From contig OZ199839.1 of assembly GCA_964304625.1 (NCBI GenBank), positions 11,376,847-11,440,846 of the forward strand: a stretch of DNA of 64,000 nucleotides. Direction: 5' to 3'. Source of the DNA: Kudoa neothunni. Taxonomy: Eukaryota; Animalia; Cnidaria. The notes below the pieces were generated by a model. The model saw nothing but the letters and a program-made list of their open reading frames with translations, made no database searches and was not told the origin of the DNA. Position 1 is the stretch's first letter. Each line of letters starts with the position of its first letter. A program made the translations under genes and the position numbers. Shown here piece after piece: positions 1 to 14,024 of the stretch.

Positions 1-377
1 TTATTTGGCAGCCCACCAATTTAAAATAAAATTAAAAACAATCGTTTTTCTTCCTATATAGAAACTATCAACAAAATATACCAACATTAGAATTGATTAT
101 TGTCGTTATTAAATTTTGTTTTTCTTTTGGCCGACGCGCTAGGAAAAAATACCGTAAGTTTCCCACTGAACCGTACTTTAGCCACAAAGTTCTTATGTTT
201 ATCAGTGTGTTTGCAGCAGTACGCATGTGAAATAGAAAACCTTTTTTTAGAGGCTGTTAAGTATTTGTTTATGTACTCATAAACTTAGCGAAAGTTTGAA
301 CACTTCTGCTAATCTGAACGCGGTCCATTTTAATCTGTGTTTTTCTCTGCACTGCCTGCTTACAAAATACATAACAG

Positions 378-2737
378 AGGCAGTGACTATTGCCACGAAA
401 ACGAATTTCTCCTAATTCTGAGGATGCCTAGACCTATAATTTTCTTTACTACTTAAACATATTTTTATCTATTAAATTTTAAATTTTCGCATTAAAATTT
501 ACTATATAGATTTCATGATAAAAATCGGTGACTTAATTATCTAAAATATCAGTTTATGTATATACACAGTGACCTTTGAAATAATTTTTGATTTTATATT
601 ACCACAATTGGGTATTTCTAGACTGCTTTAAGCCCTAATTTGGTGATCCATCCTCAAATCAACCCAATAAATCAAATCTATTATAAATACACAACCTGCA
701 TTTGCATGTCTATACACATCTTTTTTGTTAGTTAAAAGATATTTTATCTGACATTTTAGGGTACTTTAAAATGGATAACTCTGAAAAAGGGTGTAAAAGT
801 GTTATGAAAATAAGCTTAAAAAACTTGTAATACTTATAATTATGAATCATCTTTATATTATATATATTAATGATTATAAATAATAAACAATTTTTCCTCA
901 TTAATATGTATTTTGTTAAGATATTTATAAAATGCGAGAATAAGAAACAATATAAGGCGGTGCTGAGAGTGATATCTTTTAAACAGAGACAATATTTATC
1001 TCGTTTCTTCAGCTAGAAGATTCCTTAGTCATATGAAAAAAAATCATTATGTAATTTTATAGATAGAGATTATAAAAATTGATTATGTCAAATGTGTTCT
1101 CTTCCAAAAAATTTAAAAGGGGAATTAAAATACTGTTATATTTAGTACATTTGTTATTTTGGAAACCATTATTGTAAAAGACCAAGGGGTGTAAGAGAGA
1201 CTAAAACTTTGTGAGGCGCCTGTCAGACTCATTTTAAGGTAGGAATCAGCTCCAATAGAAAAAAAATTGATGGAAAATTTTTACATTTAGCACGTAACCA
1301 CAGAAGAAGTCAGGTTTTCTTCGAATATACCGCCACAACGTAAATTAGACCGCAATAGTAAATCAATTTCGAAATTAACTTCTATGTTTGCCAATGAAAA
1401 AGTTATGCGGTCTAAAATAAAATAAGAAACGGGTGTTATAATTACACTCAATTCCATATATTATACAGAAAAAGCTCCTTACTAACGTAATAAATTCGAC
1501 TATTTTTATAAGATTTTAACTCTAAATCATAAGTGTGATCTTAGAACTCTTACTGAAGATGCGAATCGGCTTTGTGCAATAATATTTATAGAGAATGAGA
1601 TGAAGAAGGTTCTTCCCTTTTTATGGAACTACTTATGTTGATACAACCTAACAATTATTGGAATCACGATAAAAAACTCAATATTCATAATTTATTATAT
1701 AAACTTCCAATTTTATCAAATTTTATTCAGTGTTACCCAACACCTAACAGTTAACGATTTTTCCTGGAACGAACCGTATAAGTATAAGTAGAGCATGTAT
1801 TATTTACAAAAAAAGTTATTTTAAACTTGTATATTAATATATTAATTTCTGTTCTGCCGTCGATAAAGGAGAAGGTACTTTCTGTAATTACCAGCAAAGA
1901 TTTGAAGATCTTGAAAAACAATTCTCCAAATGCTAAACTACTTATATATAAATTTCACGTTTTGAACATTCTTGAGTGGTAGATATTGTTTTAAATATAT
2001 ATCACGCGTGAATTAAAATATTTGATGCTAGAAATTCTTCTAAAAATAATCTTCGTTAGAAATTAAGATGATTATCAGAAAATGTGCACTGAGCTTAACA
2101 GCTAAACGTTGAGGATTTTAATTTGTATTTAAAAAAACTGGCATCCAATTAGATCACAGTGGATTAATTTATCAAACAATATAAAATCAATCAAATCTAC
2201 TGGAATCCTAAAGTTTTAGTTTCAGTGTATCTACCTACATTTTTTCAGATTTTACACTTCCTAAAAAGTCTAAAGCAGTATGAAGACTAAGGGGTTATAG
2301 AATGACTGCAATAGGGAAGAACAGAAACAAAATAATAAACTACATAATTGAGTTATAATAAAGTTTATTCGTGTGTTGTCAATCATTCTTGCGTAATTTT
2401 TTCTATTTATCATAAAATTCAAAGATACTCCAAGTTCAATCAACGATTATATGATTCCTATTTATGACTTACGAATTCGATGTTGTGTTTAAGATATCAG
2501 TCAGTTATTTTTTCAACTTTTTAAATAAATAATAACTAACTATTACAACAAGTGTGAAAAATACGCGGCTATATTCTGCTAATACCAAAAATTAGAATTT
2601 GTATAATAACAAAAGTTCTTAATAAAAATATGTAAACAGTAATATATAATATTATGTGGTTAAGGAGAAATTCGTTTTCGTGACAATAGACAACCACGAC
2701 ATGAGATTATACGCTAGCGTAGTAATAGCCACTGCCT
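378..2737 (+). mobile_element. Degenerate MULE (Mutator-like) DNA transposon with terminal inverted repeats
   Basis: Left end AGGCAGTGACTATTGCCACGAAAACGAATTTCTCCTAA (378-415) is matched in inverted orientation by TTAAGGAGAAATTCGTTTTCGTGACAATAG (2660-2689) plus AATAGCCACTGCCT (2724-2737). The interior has decayed MULE-like coding text (e.g. NSPNAKLLIYKFHVLN near 1920-1965). Confidence 0.55.
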
Positions 2738-5436
2738 TTTTTAAATGCAGCTTTTAGTATACATTTGAAAGGATGATACTTTTTTGAAAAATCGTTAATA
2801 CACTTATAATTGCTCACATAATCAATATCATTATCAGAAGTAAAGAATTTTCTGGTTGTCAACGTCAATGAACACATTAGAAAGTACCTGAATAATACTG
2901 AAGTTTATTTATTTCAGGGTGATGATCAATTAGAATAAAATTTTACTTATTATATACAAAGAGAATCTATTGATTATGGTGTAGAATGTTTTAAAAATGT
3001 TATATATGTCATTGGGAGTAATTTTAAGCATAGCCAAATTATTTAGGATGTATTTTCACGTTTCAAGCGTTATGGATATAGTTGAGCGAAAAAAATTATG
3101 ATCATTTTAAATAAAATACATAATTTGAGATTATAAGTTGTTGCCAGGTTGGAATAATTTTGGTTTCTATACACATTCTAAAACCGATGTAAGATGTGTG
3201 TAGAGTTTTCAAATAATTAAATTTTTGTGATAATTTCGTAAATGGAAATTTCTGTTTATCAAATACATCGATTGAGATTGAAACTATGTTCGTCTTTTCG
3301 ATAAGTTTTTCCTAAATTTTCTTGAAAAATAGCTGGCATAACTAATTCGATAAGTTTCTATATTTGATGACATAATTTTTTAAATAATGCTTAAATTCTC
3401 AGTAACCTAATTATTCTTTACCACCAGCCAGACCTTAAGGTTAATATTCAAATAAATATGTAATTTTCTTTTTGCTAAAAATAATTTATCGTGATATAAA
3501 AGCTGCATGAAAATCTGCGATACCGCATTCTATACGTATTTTAAGAATTTTATTCACGATTACTTTTGCACAACATAAAGTCCCCTCTCAATAGATGCCA
3601 TGTAAGTTAATAAGAAATTATTGGTCTATTCGACCTAACCGATATTTTTACACAGTTTTCGTTAATCTAAGAATAGTATAATACAAATAAATTTTTATAG
3701 GGCAATCAAACAGTACCTTATTTTCAAAAGGGTGCACACCTTCGAGAAAATCAGTTGACATCTAAGCGTAACTGTAATTATTCAACCTCAAAACATTTTT
3801 ACATTTTAGATTAAATCGTATTTTGTTAATTAAATTTGTATATTTTTGAACCAATAAGTATTTTTGTTAAAAAGCAAGGTTAGGTATATTTAAAAATCCG
3901 GAAATTATGTTAAAATAATGAATACGTAAGTTACCACTCACAATTTATTAATACCTCATTAACATCCTTTATAAAATTGCAAATAAAGAGTAACAATTAA
4001 TATTTATATTTCCAACACATGATAGATCGATTTTATTTTTTTTTATCGTTTTTTAGCTAATAATAAATTTTGTACCGAGAAGGATTAATCTTTATCGCAA
4101 AATTTTTAAAAGAATTGAAAGTCCTATTTAAGTAACTTAATGTTTTTGGTTAATAAATGAATGAACTTTAATCGTTAATTAAATTTCTCATGAAACTAAG
4201 GTCATTATATTTTTGGTCAACAATTTGTAAAATAAACTTAAAAATACTCATTAATTTTTCTCAATATCTCTATTTATATTTGATTGTAAAGTGTGCGCAT
4301 AATTTCGTTTATCTAAATCATCACATTACAAAAATAATGACAATCATTAAAATGCAACAATTAAAATAGAAAAATAAAACTAAATGTTAAAATTTTCCAT
4401 CATAAAGTACTAGATTAAGCTGGGCATTAGCCCTAATATCTATTTTAAAAAATTCATTGCAGTTAAATATACATAATTTAATAAAAGTTGATTGAGCCTT
4501 ATTTATCATAATATTTTTAGGAGATATCTACGTTAATATATTGTGCGACCGACAAAGAGACCCCTACCAATTTACCAACAAAATTCTATTTACTTCCACT
4601 AAATGAGCTCTATAATCATCATTAATAATTTAATAAATGGAATTTTTGATTGTAATCCAAATTATTTCCAATATACGTAATTATTTTCATCTGATAATGT
4701 TATCCACAATAATATTTTTTTGTATTTCTATAAAATTATTTAACGAACCAATAGATGTAACGAATTCATTCATAATTATAAAAATAAAAAAGGCAGAAAC
4801 AGTCGTAATTAATTTTCATTATGGCCATCTATAACATTAATGTTTATTTAGCTTTCATTTTAAAAATTAAAGCTCTCATGAAATATTTATCTTATTTTAT
4901 AAAATCAATATCATTAATAATAAAAATGAAATTATTAAATTTGATTAGATTCGTAAAATTAAATTATTGAATAAATTTTTAATAAACGAATATATATGTT
5001 CAATAATATTTTAACTTAAGCTATTAACCAAATAATCTTTTTATTACTTGTAAATAGTAAAATAGAAAATTTTAAACGTAATAACTTTAAGTTACAAGTA
5101 AATCAAAATTGGACGACTAAATAATAAATAGAGCGATTCTATGATGATTTCATTTAATTTGTCTGATACACCATTATTTACATCACCATAACTAAAAATG
5201 TATTAATATATATCAAATCTGCTCATATTCAATGTATTTATCTAAATATTAACTTATGTGATCTTATTCCCAATATTAATTGTTTCTAGGAGATTTTAAT
5301 GTATACATATAAATATAGTTTTATTGTTAATTTATCTACCCATTTATGTTTATCTATATATTATCATTTAGATAAAATTACAAATTGATATAAAAGGATG
5401 AGTATTTGATAATTTTGGTAATTATATACATTTGTA

Positions 5437-6404
5437 ATGATGTTTACGTTTGCATTGTCACTGTTCGTTCTTTGTATTTTCAATAAACAAATCATTCCTA
5501 ATTGTATTTAGGTTCTTTGAACATTAGGAATACAGCTCAAGAAACTAACGTAAAGATATTATTTAAATTTATTTTATCTAAAATAATATTCATGCAATCT
5601 AAAATATGTTTATATATAGTTTGAATTACGCGGATTAGCAATTGGCCAAATGAGAGGTGCCCTAGATTATTTGAGGAGAACTGATTTAATTCGACACGAC
5701 GACATTAAGGTCCATTAAGAAAATAATATTTAGAAAGTTAATTATGTTATGTAGATCGATATTCTAGAAAAAGCTAAAGAAAACCAGAATCAATTTATCA
5801 ATAAATACCCTGACCCCGATGGGTTGTGCAAAATACATGTAATGTGTGATGCGGAATTAAGTAAGCAAAATTGTTACAGTTTATTGGTTGATTATTACAA
5901 CTTAGTAAAGTTTTTGAAGGGTAAACGACGATGTGTGCCTTGTATTGTAATTTTTTAAACATACGTATACATATATTTATTGAATTTTTTTTACAGTTGA
6001 TTCAGTATCTGTATTTTGTCCGAACTAAAAATGATAATCACATTCCTAACGATGATGTATTCATATTTTTGATGAAATAATACAATAGTTATTTCTAGAA
6101 AGTAAAGGAATTTTATTTTGAAGCAAAAGACAATTGCATGGATGAAGATCATTGTGATAATTTTGATGGAGATTTTCCTGATGGTATAAATTAATTCATT
6201 TTTTACATTGTTTAATATAAGATTTAAAAAATCAATAAATTTAAATTAGACAATGCATAATTATAGTACGATTAAATTATAGATCCCCACGCAAAGAGTG
6301 ATCGCTGCCACCGTCCTGGAGAAGAAAACGGTGTTCAAGGGGCTATTGGACGATTGGGAGATCACAAAGTTAAGAAAGTGGTAGTGCAACTACGTATGCC
6401 ATAA
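5437..6404 (+). CDS. Orphan 8-exon gene encoding a ~192-aa putative secreted, Cys-containing protein
   Basis: Exons 5437-5473, 5512-5549, 5620-5709, 5755-5860, 5906-5946, 5997-6056, 6099-6183 and 6283-6404 are joined by GT-AG introns with consistent phases into an open 579-nt CDS. The N-terminus MMFTFALSLFVLCSLN is hydrophobic and signal-peptide-like. Confidence 0.75.
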
Positions 6405-7090
6405 AAACGTTACATTCCTACACCCTTAAACTTCGTTCTCATACAATTAAATTTGAATTGATTTTATTCTGAATGCGTATTATACTTACGAACTACAATT
6501 TTAGTTTTAATTATATTGGAATTTACGAGTTCAATCGTAATATCTTCTAACAATAATAATAAAACAAATCTGAGTAGTTCACATAAACAAATTGTTCAAG
6601 TTCATGTTTATTTATTGCTTACAGGACGGTTCTGCGAAAAATGACCCCAGCGATATTTCGTAATATAAGTAAGTTCGTGATTAAAAAAAATTATTTAGAA
6701 TTTTTAATACATTACAAAGATTTAATATAAAAGATTAGATGATTTAAATTATGTTTCCATCATTGGAAAAAATGGGTTAAGCCGTAGGAATCTGGGCACT
6801 ATTCTACTATTCCGGACACAAACATTAAAGAAATTAACGGATATTTTGACAGCATACGAATCCCTGGTTTTTAGAAATATATTTCATTGATAATAAAGAT
6901 AAAATTATTTAGTGTTTTTATCCATAGATATACAATTACCTTCTTAAAAAACAAAAAATTAAATTCTGTCAATAATCGTGTATATGGCGATAATGTAACT
7001 ACCTTAATCTCTATCATTAACATATACTTACTCGAACTATTGTGAAGGAAGGTTATCTATCTATCCATCCAATTTAATAAAGTGATAATG

Positions 7091-9124
7091 CAGGGTTTCC
7101 CTATAGGGGGGGTGCATGAAGCAATCATTGGGAGTGCGGGAGCACCCTATGATGAATTAAGAATTTAAGCCAGAATATATGAATGAACGAAAAATTTGAG
7201 TTTAGAAATTCAGTTTGAAGTTACCATATTTAATTAAATATCATATAATGGGATATTTTGTTAATGAAATAATCTAATAATAACAGATTTCAACTTAATG
7301 TTGTGTATTTAATGAGCAAATTAACATCGCCTACGCATCATCATGGTTGCTTCCCAAAAGCTGAGAAAATGGAATGAGGATTATACTCGGTATGGCTTCA
7401 CAAGAGTTACCATTCAAGGAATTGACCGCCCTTGTCGTGTTCTTTGCAACTCAACATTGTTCATTGTTACACTAAAACCATCAAAGCTCGGACTCGGTGA
7501 ACATTTTCAAGCCTTTCATGGTGGTAGTTCAAAAACTGGAAACGATTTCGACTCGCTGAAAGCCAAAAGAACTCGATACGACATGAAAGGAACACTTGCG
7601 AGTAATTGATTTGTTAATGAGGAGAAACCTTTACTTTTGACTTCTTTCCAGGTTTCCTATGAAATTGCAAAAAAGAAAAAAGCCCATGCAATCGCGGAAG
7701 ATCTTATAAAAATTTGCATTGTTGAATCCGCAAAAATTATATTGGATGAAGAGGCTGCAAAAAAACTTCAAAGTGTCCCTATGTCCAGCAATGTTATAAG
7801 GAACAGAATAGATGCCATTGGTGATGATATTCTTGGCCAACTTATTTTTAATATCAAAGAATTACATCTCAAGATATCGTTTCAACTGAATGAATCGACG
7901 GATGTAGACAATTGCAACCAGCTAGTAGCGTTTGCTCGTTTCGTTAAAAAAACATCATTCGTGAAGAATTCCTTTTTTAAGGCCTCTGAAAACAACAACA
8001 ACAACAACTGCTGCGGATATATTTAATGTAATAAAATCTTTTTTTAATAATATGGAGCTTCCATTAACTATTATTGGATCAATTTGTACGGATGGTGCTC
8101 CTGCGATGCTGGGTGTTAAATCTAGACTCGTTGCTCTCATGAGAAAGGAAGCGCCTGATGTAATGGTCACGCATTGTATCTTACATCGCCAGGCCTTAAT
8201 GTCAAAGACTTTACGAGGCCTCTAAAAGACGTCATGTCTGCATGCGTTAAAATAATTAATTTTATTCGCACAAGGACACTGAATCATCGTTTGTTTAAGG
8301 CGGTTTGCAATGAACTTGTCAGTGAATTCTCAGTTTTGTTATTTCATACAGAAGTATGATGGCTTTCAGGTGGTGAAGTCTTGGCTAGATTACTCACCTT
8401 AAGAAAGGAAGTTGAAGAATTCTTAAGAATGCAATAATCCAACCTTGCTAACGCCATGGAAAACCCCACTTTTTCAGTAATACTAGCATACTTGGCAGAT
8501 ATAGTTCAACATCTGAACGATTTAAATTGTTCAATTTAAGGGAAGGGAGTTAACATGGTGATAGCTTCTGAGAAATTGCGAGCTTTCAAGAAAAAACAAA
8601 TCTTATGGTATTCGAGAGTAGAAAGTGGAAATCTTGCTAATTTTCCTTTACTGGACGAAGTTCTCCAAGATGAACAACACTTCCATTGTAGGCAAGATAT
8701 CATGAATAATGCCATGTATCACATAAATAAATTGAGACTATTCTCTGATGGTTATTATTCTCCCAGCCAGTTACAAGATTCTGATATTTGGAGTGTTGAT
8801 CCATTTTCATTTAATGTTAATAATATGAATAATGATGATAATGATACTAAGGAATTAATGGATTTGCAAGAAAACTACACAATGAAGTTGAGGTACAATG
8901 AAAATTCACTTGAGAAAGTTTGGTGCAATGCCCAATGCAGTTACCCGTCCCTTGCAAAAAGAGCGTTGAAAATTCTTATCCCATTCGCGACGACTTTGTT
9001 GTGCGAGTCAGGATTTTCATCTTTGTTGTATTTAAAAAATAAATATAGAAATTTACTGAATCCAGAAAATGATTTACACATCGCATTGACAAAATTTGAA
9101 ACATATATGAAAGATAAGATATAA
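7091..9124 (+). mobile_element. Degenerate hAT (Buster/Charlie, ZBED8/FAM200-like) transposon
   Basis: CAGGGTTTCCC terminus at 7091. Fragmented ORFs carry Buster motifs (QLNESTDV, ICTDGAPAMLG, LLFHTEV*WLS, LIPFATTLLCESGFSSL). Right terminus not identified. Confidence 0.85.
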
Positions 9125-10916
9125 TCACTTGATAGGCTCTGCCGAATAAAACATTTAAAAATATAATTAAGAAAATAATATTATTTATAGAGCACTAAGT
9201 AAAACTTATATATTTTTAAAGTTTTTCAAACCAGATAAGATAATTAAATGTCGCAGGGGATCTTTTTGTTGTTAATCAGACTAAAAAAGTAATTCACCTC
9301 AATACGACATTATACAAAGAAAATAATGCTACGTATGCTCGTTTGAAATCATCCTACGGATGATCTCTTTTAGGTGCAAAATAATCAAAGATTATAAACG
9401 ATTTTTACATCCAGATAATATTCTTAGCTTGTAAATAGCAAAATTAATATATTTTAAAAAATTTAGTAACGTATAGAATGTAAATAATTATCTCACTAAA
9501 TATTATCATTTTTATTAATTTAATATAGATTGTCGTTGTTTTATTTTCTAAAAAATTCGTGGCGGGATTGCTTCATCCGTAATTGAAAATTATCAGGCAG
9601 TTATTTCTTGATAACGTCTCACTATGAAGAAATATATTAAGTTACTTCAGATAATAATTGAATTTTCTAGAAAAAAATAATAATTTTAAAATTTCAACGC
9701 AATGAATAATTCTAGGCGTAAATTATAACTTATTGACTAGCCAATGGCGTATACGCCAATATATCATTTTTAGTGAAACATATTAAATATTTTAGTTAGA
9801 TATGACCAAAATTTTATTTAATTTGAAATTAATTCTAATGGATTTGCGGCAAATTTTGGCACAAGTAGGTGTTGGTTATATACATAATTTATTTTTTTCT
9901 GACTTTTAAAAAAAGGTAAGAAATATTTGATATTAAAATATTATGGGTAAAAATATAAATTCAGAAACATTTTAAGATGTTAACATTACAATGAATTTTT
10001 CGAGTAAAAATTTACACCAGAATTTTTTTCTCCGAATGGTAGATGTTATGTTACTTACTAGATACATCAACTTTTAAGGTTTATCTGACGGTTAAATTTG
10101 ATGTTGTACAGATATTACCCATATCGCGTGTCACGTGACATCCGCTTTCATTTCGTGGTTGCAACAAAAATTAAGCTATTTAAAAAATCTATTAATTTCC
10201 CACATCGTTGTTAGTTTTATATAGCTCATCCGAATTATTTCATTGTGGCCCTATTTATTATCTTAAAATATATGTAATGTTTAAAATGACCGTAAACTTT
10301 TCGGTTAAAATATATTTAGTTGCGATTTATAAATAAATCAATATCATTAAAAGTTGTTATAAGTTACATAAATTTAGTGGAGATGCAATATTTTGTGTAA
10401 TATATGGTTCTATTCGTTCCATCTATCGTAAAATTGTTACTAAGGTCATTTTTAACATTTTTAGAACTCTGTGTACAAAATAAGGGATTATTTTTTATAT
10501 ACAAATAAAAGTTTATTCTAATTAATAATAATTCTAAAATAAAAGTATGTCTATCGTAAGCAGGTATTTATTAATCTGTTTTTTTTAAGGGGACACCAGG
10601 AAATTTGTTGTCCTCGATAAAAATATAGATTTTATGAGTACTCCTCAGTGAATTATTTATCTTCATTAATGTTATCAACCTTTCCAATACATATGGAGAG
10701 GTTAATTAAAAATATCCTTCGCGGTATTTGAGTACCACAGTAAACACAAACACTGACAGACATTAGAACTTTACATATGTATACGATGTTTGTAAATAGC
10801 TAAATTTCGTCTACGATTTTTAATCCATGAAAAATTTTAGTAACATTTATAGAAAACGAATATTAAAGTAACAGGAGTACAATAAATTTCGAATATTATA
10901 TTAATTTGATTCATTC

Positions 10917-11948
10917 TTATTGTTTAATAATAGTGAAGGCATAAATAATAGTTCCTAGCATGTTCAAACACAATAGGGTCCAGATTGTGTAAAAAGATGA
11001 GCCATATATCAGGGAAAACCCTACATCTTCCTCAAAAATCTCTTCTACAACTTTAGTAAGCTTGGTTGCAATAATTACGTATGAGAGATATGCAGCATCT
11101 ATAGTTATTTAAAAAGTATTTAGATATATAAATGAACTTACTAAATACAACATAGCTAACTAATATATATTCCCTCTTAACACTTCTGTATTTGTGAAAA
11201 ATGCTTAAAGCCAAAGAAACGATGACGCCCAACACAGCAATAACTCCTGCAATATTAAGTAAGTTGTAATCACGAAAACTTGTGGAATCTATAAATTATT
11301 CAAAACATTAATATTTTATTATTTATATACACAATCTTTTCGGAAATTTTGCCCACATTAACCTTCCACATTTTGTTTCTACAAATTATTAACGATTGTG
11401 TTCAAAATAATAAATATTAATAATTTTATTGGAATATAATTTAGAAATAACATTTGGGCAATAACTTTTAACGGTTATTTTAATTTTGAATTTTTTCTCT
11501 TAGAGACATGTATATTTCCTATTGGCTAATCGATAGTTAATAGGATATGTGTTTGTGTAATAATGCATTGAATAAGTGTTAATTCTTACCATAACCGTGT
11601 TTTTCGATATAATGATCAAAGTCCGCTTAGTAAATTAAATAATATATAATGAAGAAATTAATCAAAGAATTACAACCGATTGTGTCATCAAACATTTTGT
11701 TTAGGTCAATGCATGCACATTTGTTCACTAATGTAAAGTTGATACAGAATGCCATAGCTCCCAAACTGAACCAACCGTGACTATTATCCTTAGATGCCTT
11801 GATAAGTGTTTGTGAGAAAGAAGACACAATCAATCCGATCGTGGCAAACGACACAAGTATCCATCCAAAAATTGTAAATATATTCATAAACTAAGACCAA
11901 CAATTGTATTCAAAATCAGAACGTCAAATTTACACATGAAAAGTTCAT
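10917..11948 (-). CDS. Claudin/PMP22-like four-TM membrane protein, paralog 1
   Basis: Micro-exon MNFSC, then FMNIFTIFGWILVSFATIGLIVSSFSQT...SLGAMAFC...CAC, exon ETKCGRLMWAKFP, TM2/TM3 exons, and last exon ...YGSSFYTIWTLLCLNMLGTIIYAFTIIKQ*. Exon structure is shared with two other copies in the window. Confidence 0.7.
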
Positions 11949-12468
11949 TGAAACCTAGCTCAATCTAGTATTCAAGTATTAACAATGTTTAAAATCGATT
12001 TAATTGGATTATTAAATTTATATCTCAACCATAGATTTTTGTGAAATCAATCGTTATAACACGAATGATAGTGCGTAATATTTCTTATTTTGAAATATAG
12101 TTTTCATTATTTCTTATTATTATTGTATAAAAACACACCTTGTTTTTTAAATAAAGTTATTTATATGAAATCTCAAATTAAAAATAAGTAAACAAATGAA
12201 ATTCGTATCTTATAAGATTATAAGTAATAAAAACAAATTTTAAGATTCTTAGATTAATATGTCATAATAAAGTTTTATTTATTTAGCACCAAAATATAAC
12301 AAAAAAAATATTAAAACTACAAGAACTATTTGAAATGGTTACATAATTGTTAATTTAAAGATTGTTGGAATACCTATTCACTATTTCCCATCATATATGA
12401 TGAAAATTTCATATACCTTTGTAAACATCTTCATTTTACACTCATATTCAAGAATTATCGGCTTTTAA

Positions 12469-14024
12469 CCCTCCCGGAACCATGCGGGGTCATTCGTGAC
12501 CCCATTTTTCGTAAATGTTTGTATTTCCCTATTAAAATTTTTCATTTTAATTTTTGGGTTAGAGCAATCTTAGATCAACGTGTATTCTTTAGTAATAAAA
12601 AGTTTCAGATAAATTATTATATTCTACCGTCCCAAAATTTTGTTTAACCCTCTAAATAAACTGGGGTCCATCTCCATTTGGACCTCAAACGAAATTGTCA
12701 TCCTGTTTTCTCAGTCGTTATATAATAATTAGAATCCAAACTTCTTCTATTCTAACAAAACACGTTTATCTTAAGATTTTCAGATTTATTGGAATTCTCA
12801 TGTGTCATAACAAATTTTATAACAAAAACATCGTCGGAGTATAATTGGATCCAAATTGATCCCATAATTTTTGTTGATATTTTAAAAATATATTATTATT
12901 TATATTAATTTTTAAAATGAAAATTGAATTAAAATCTATTTTACATACCAAAATCCGACATAGAATTTTCTCCGCACATACACCCATGTGTAAATTTCTA
13001 TTGTGTAAACATGGATTTCTTTTTAAAAATTAACGTGGATAGGATTGACACTAATGAAAAAGGAAGACCCAAACTAGTGTATTTGAAAGAGACTGTTGGA
13101 AATGAGAATGTTGAAAATGACGATTCTCTTGTAGACACACAAAAAAAACAACGATTTATGGAGTGTATTCAAACCAAAGAGAACCAAGGTGGTGGCAGAA
13201 AATAAAACTAATCTATTTCAAGGTGTGATTATGTACGATACACAAAGGATCTCTAGTATTACAGGATGTTTTAATTATTTCTTCCCAATGGAAATAGTGG
13301 ACCGAACAATTTAATATACCAATCAGTGCGATAAGAATCATTATGTAAATAACTTGAGGATGTTTATGTTGATGAAATGCATGGTTTTATTGGCCGGTTA
13401 TTGTACATAACTATCCATAAGGATAATCAAGATCTTATTGTTGAAATGCTTAGTTGTGACGAAGGTAGGAGGATACACAAAGATCTCTTTTCCTTGTACA
13501 GTTTCAAGCAACTAACAAGAGCGTTCCGCTTTGGTAACACAGGAACTACGGGGAATGACAGCTGAATGATAAATTTCCCCGAATTAGAGAAAAATGGGAC
13601 ATTTAGGTTAACATGGTGATCAGAAATTATAACCAAGGAGAAAATATAGGTCGTGATGAGCAATTTGGATTTTTTTAGAGGAAACCGTTCTTTTAGACAA
13701 CATATAAAATGTAAGCCAACAAAATACGGCTTAAAATTTTGCCTTTTTGTATATCCAGCATCTATATTGTGTGTTTGTGGAGTTACTAACGAATTCCAGT
13801 ACCAGTCATTTTAAAATAATCTGTCATCCTATTTATATAGGAACATTGCATATAGGCGGATACGTTAGGAAGATCAAAATGATAAATTATTAACGAAAAA
13901 AACATTTCTTAGAATTATAATTGAGTAGATTGATAGGAAACACAATTATTAAACGAAACCACAAAAAAAATCTGAGATCCAAATGAACCCCAGTTATAAG
14001 TTATACTCCGAGGGGGCCTGATTA
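12469..14024 (+). mobile_element. Degenerate piggyBac element (right end approximate)
   Basis: TTAA|CCCTCCCGGAACC terminus at 12465-12481 with GGGGTCA..TGACCCC subterminal motif. PGBD-like remnant DEQFGFFRGNRSFRQHIKCKPTKYGLKF at ~13655-13740. Confidence 0.7.

Noticed and set aside
9736-9760. Palindrome TGGCGTATACGCCA next to CTAG (possible Helitron 3' end)
   Set aside because: No matching 5' TC end or empty-site evidence could be identified.
10129-10140. TGTCACGTGACA E-box/CLEAR-like palindrome
   Set aside because: Not near an identifiable gene start; such palindromes are common in TE remnants.
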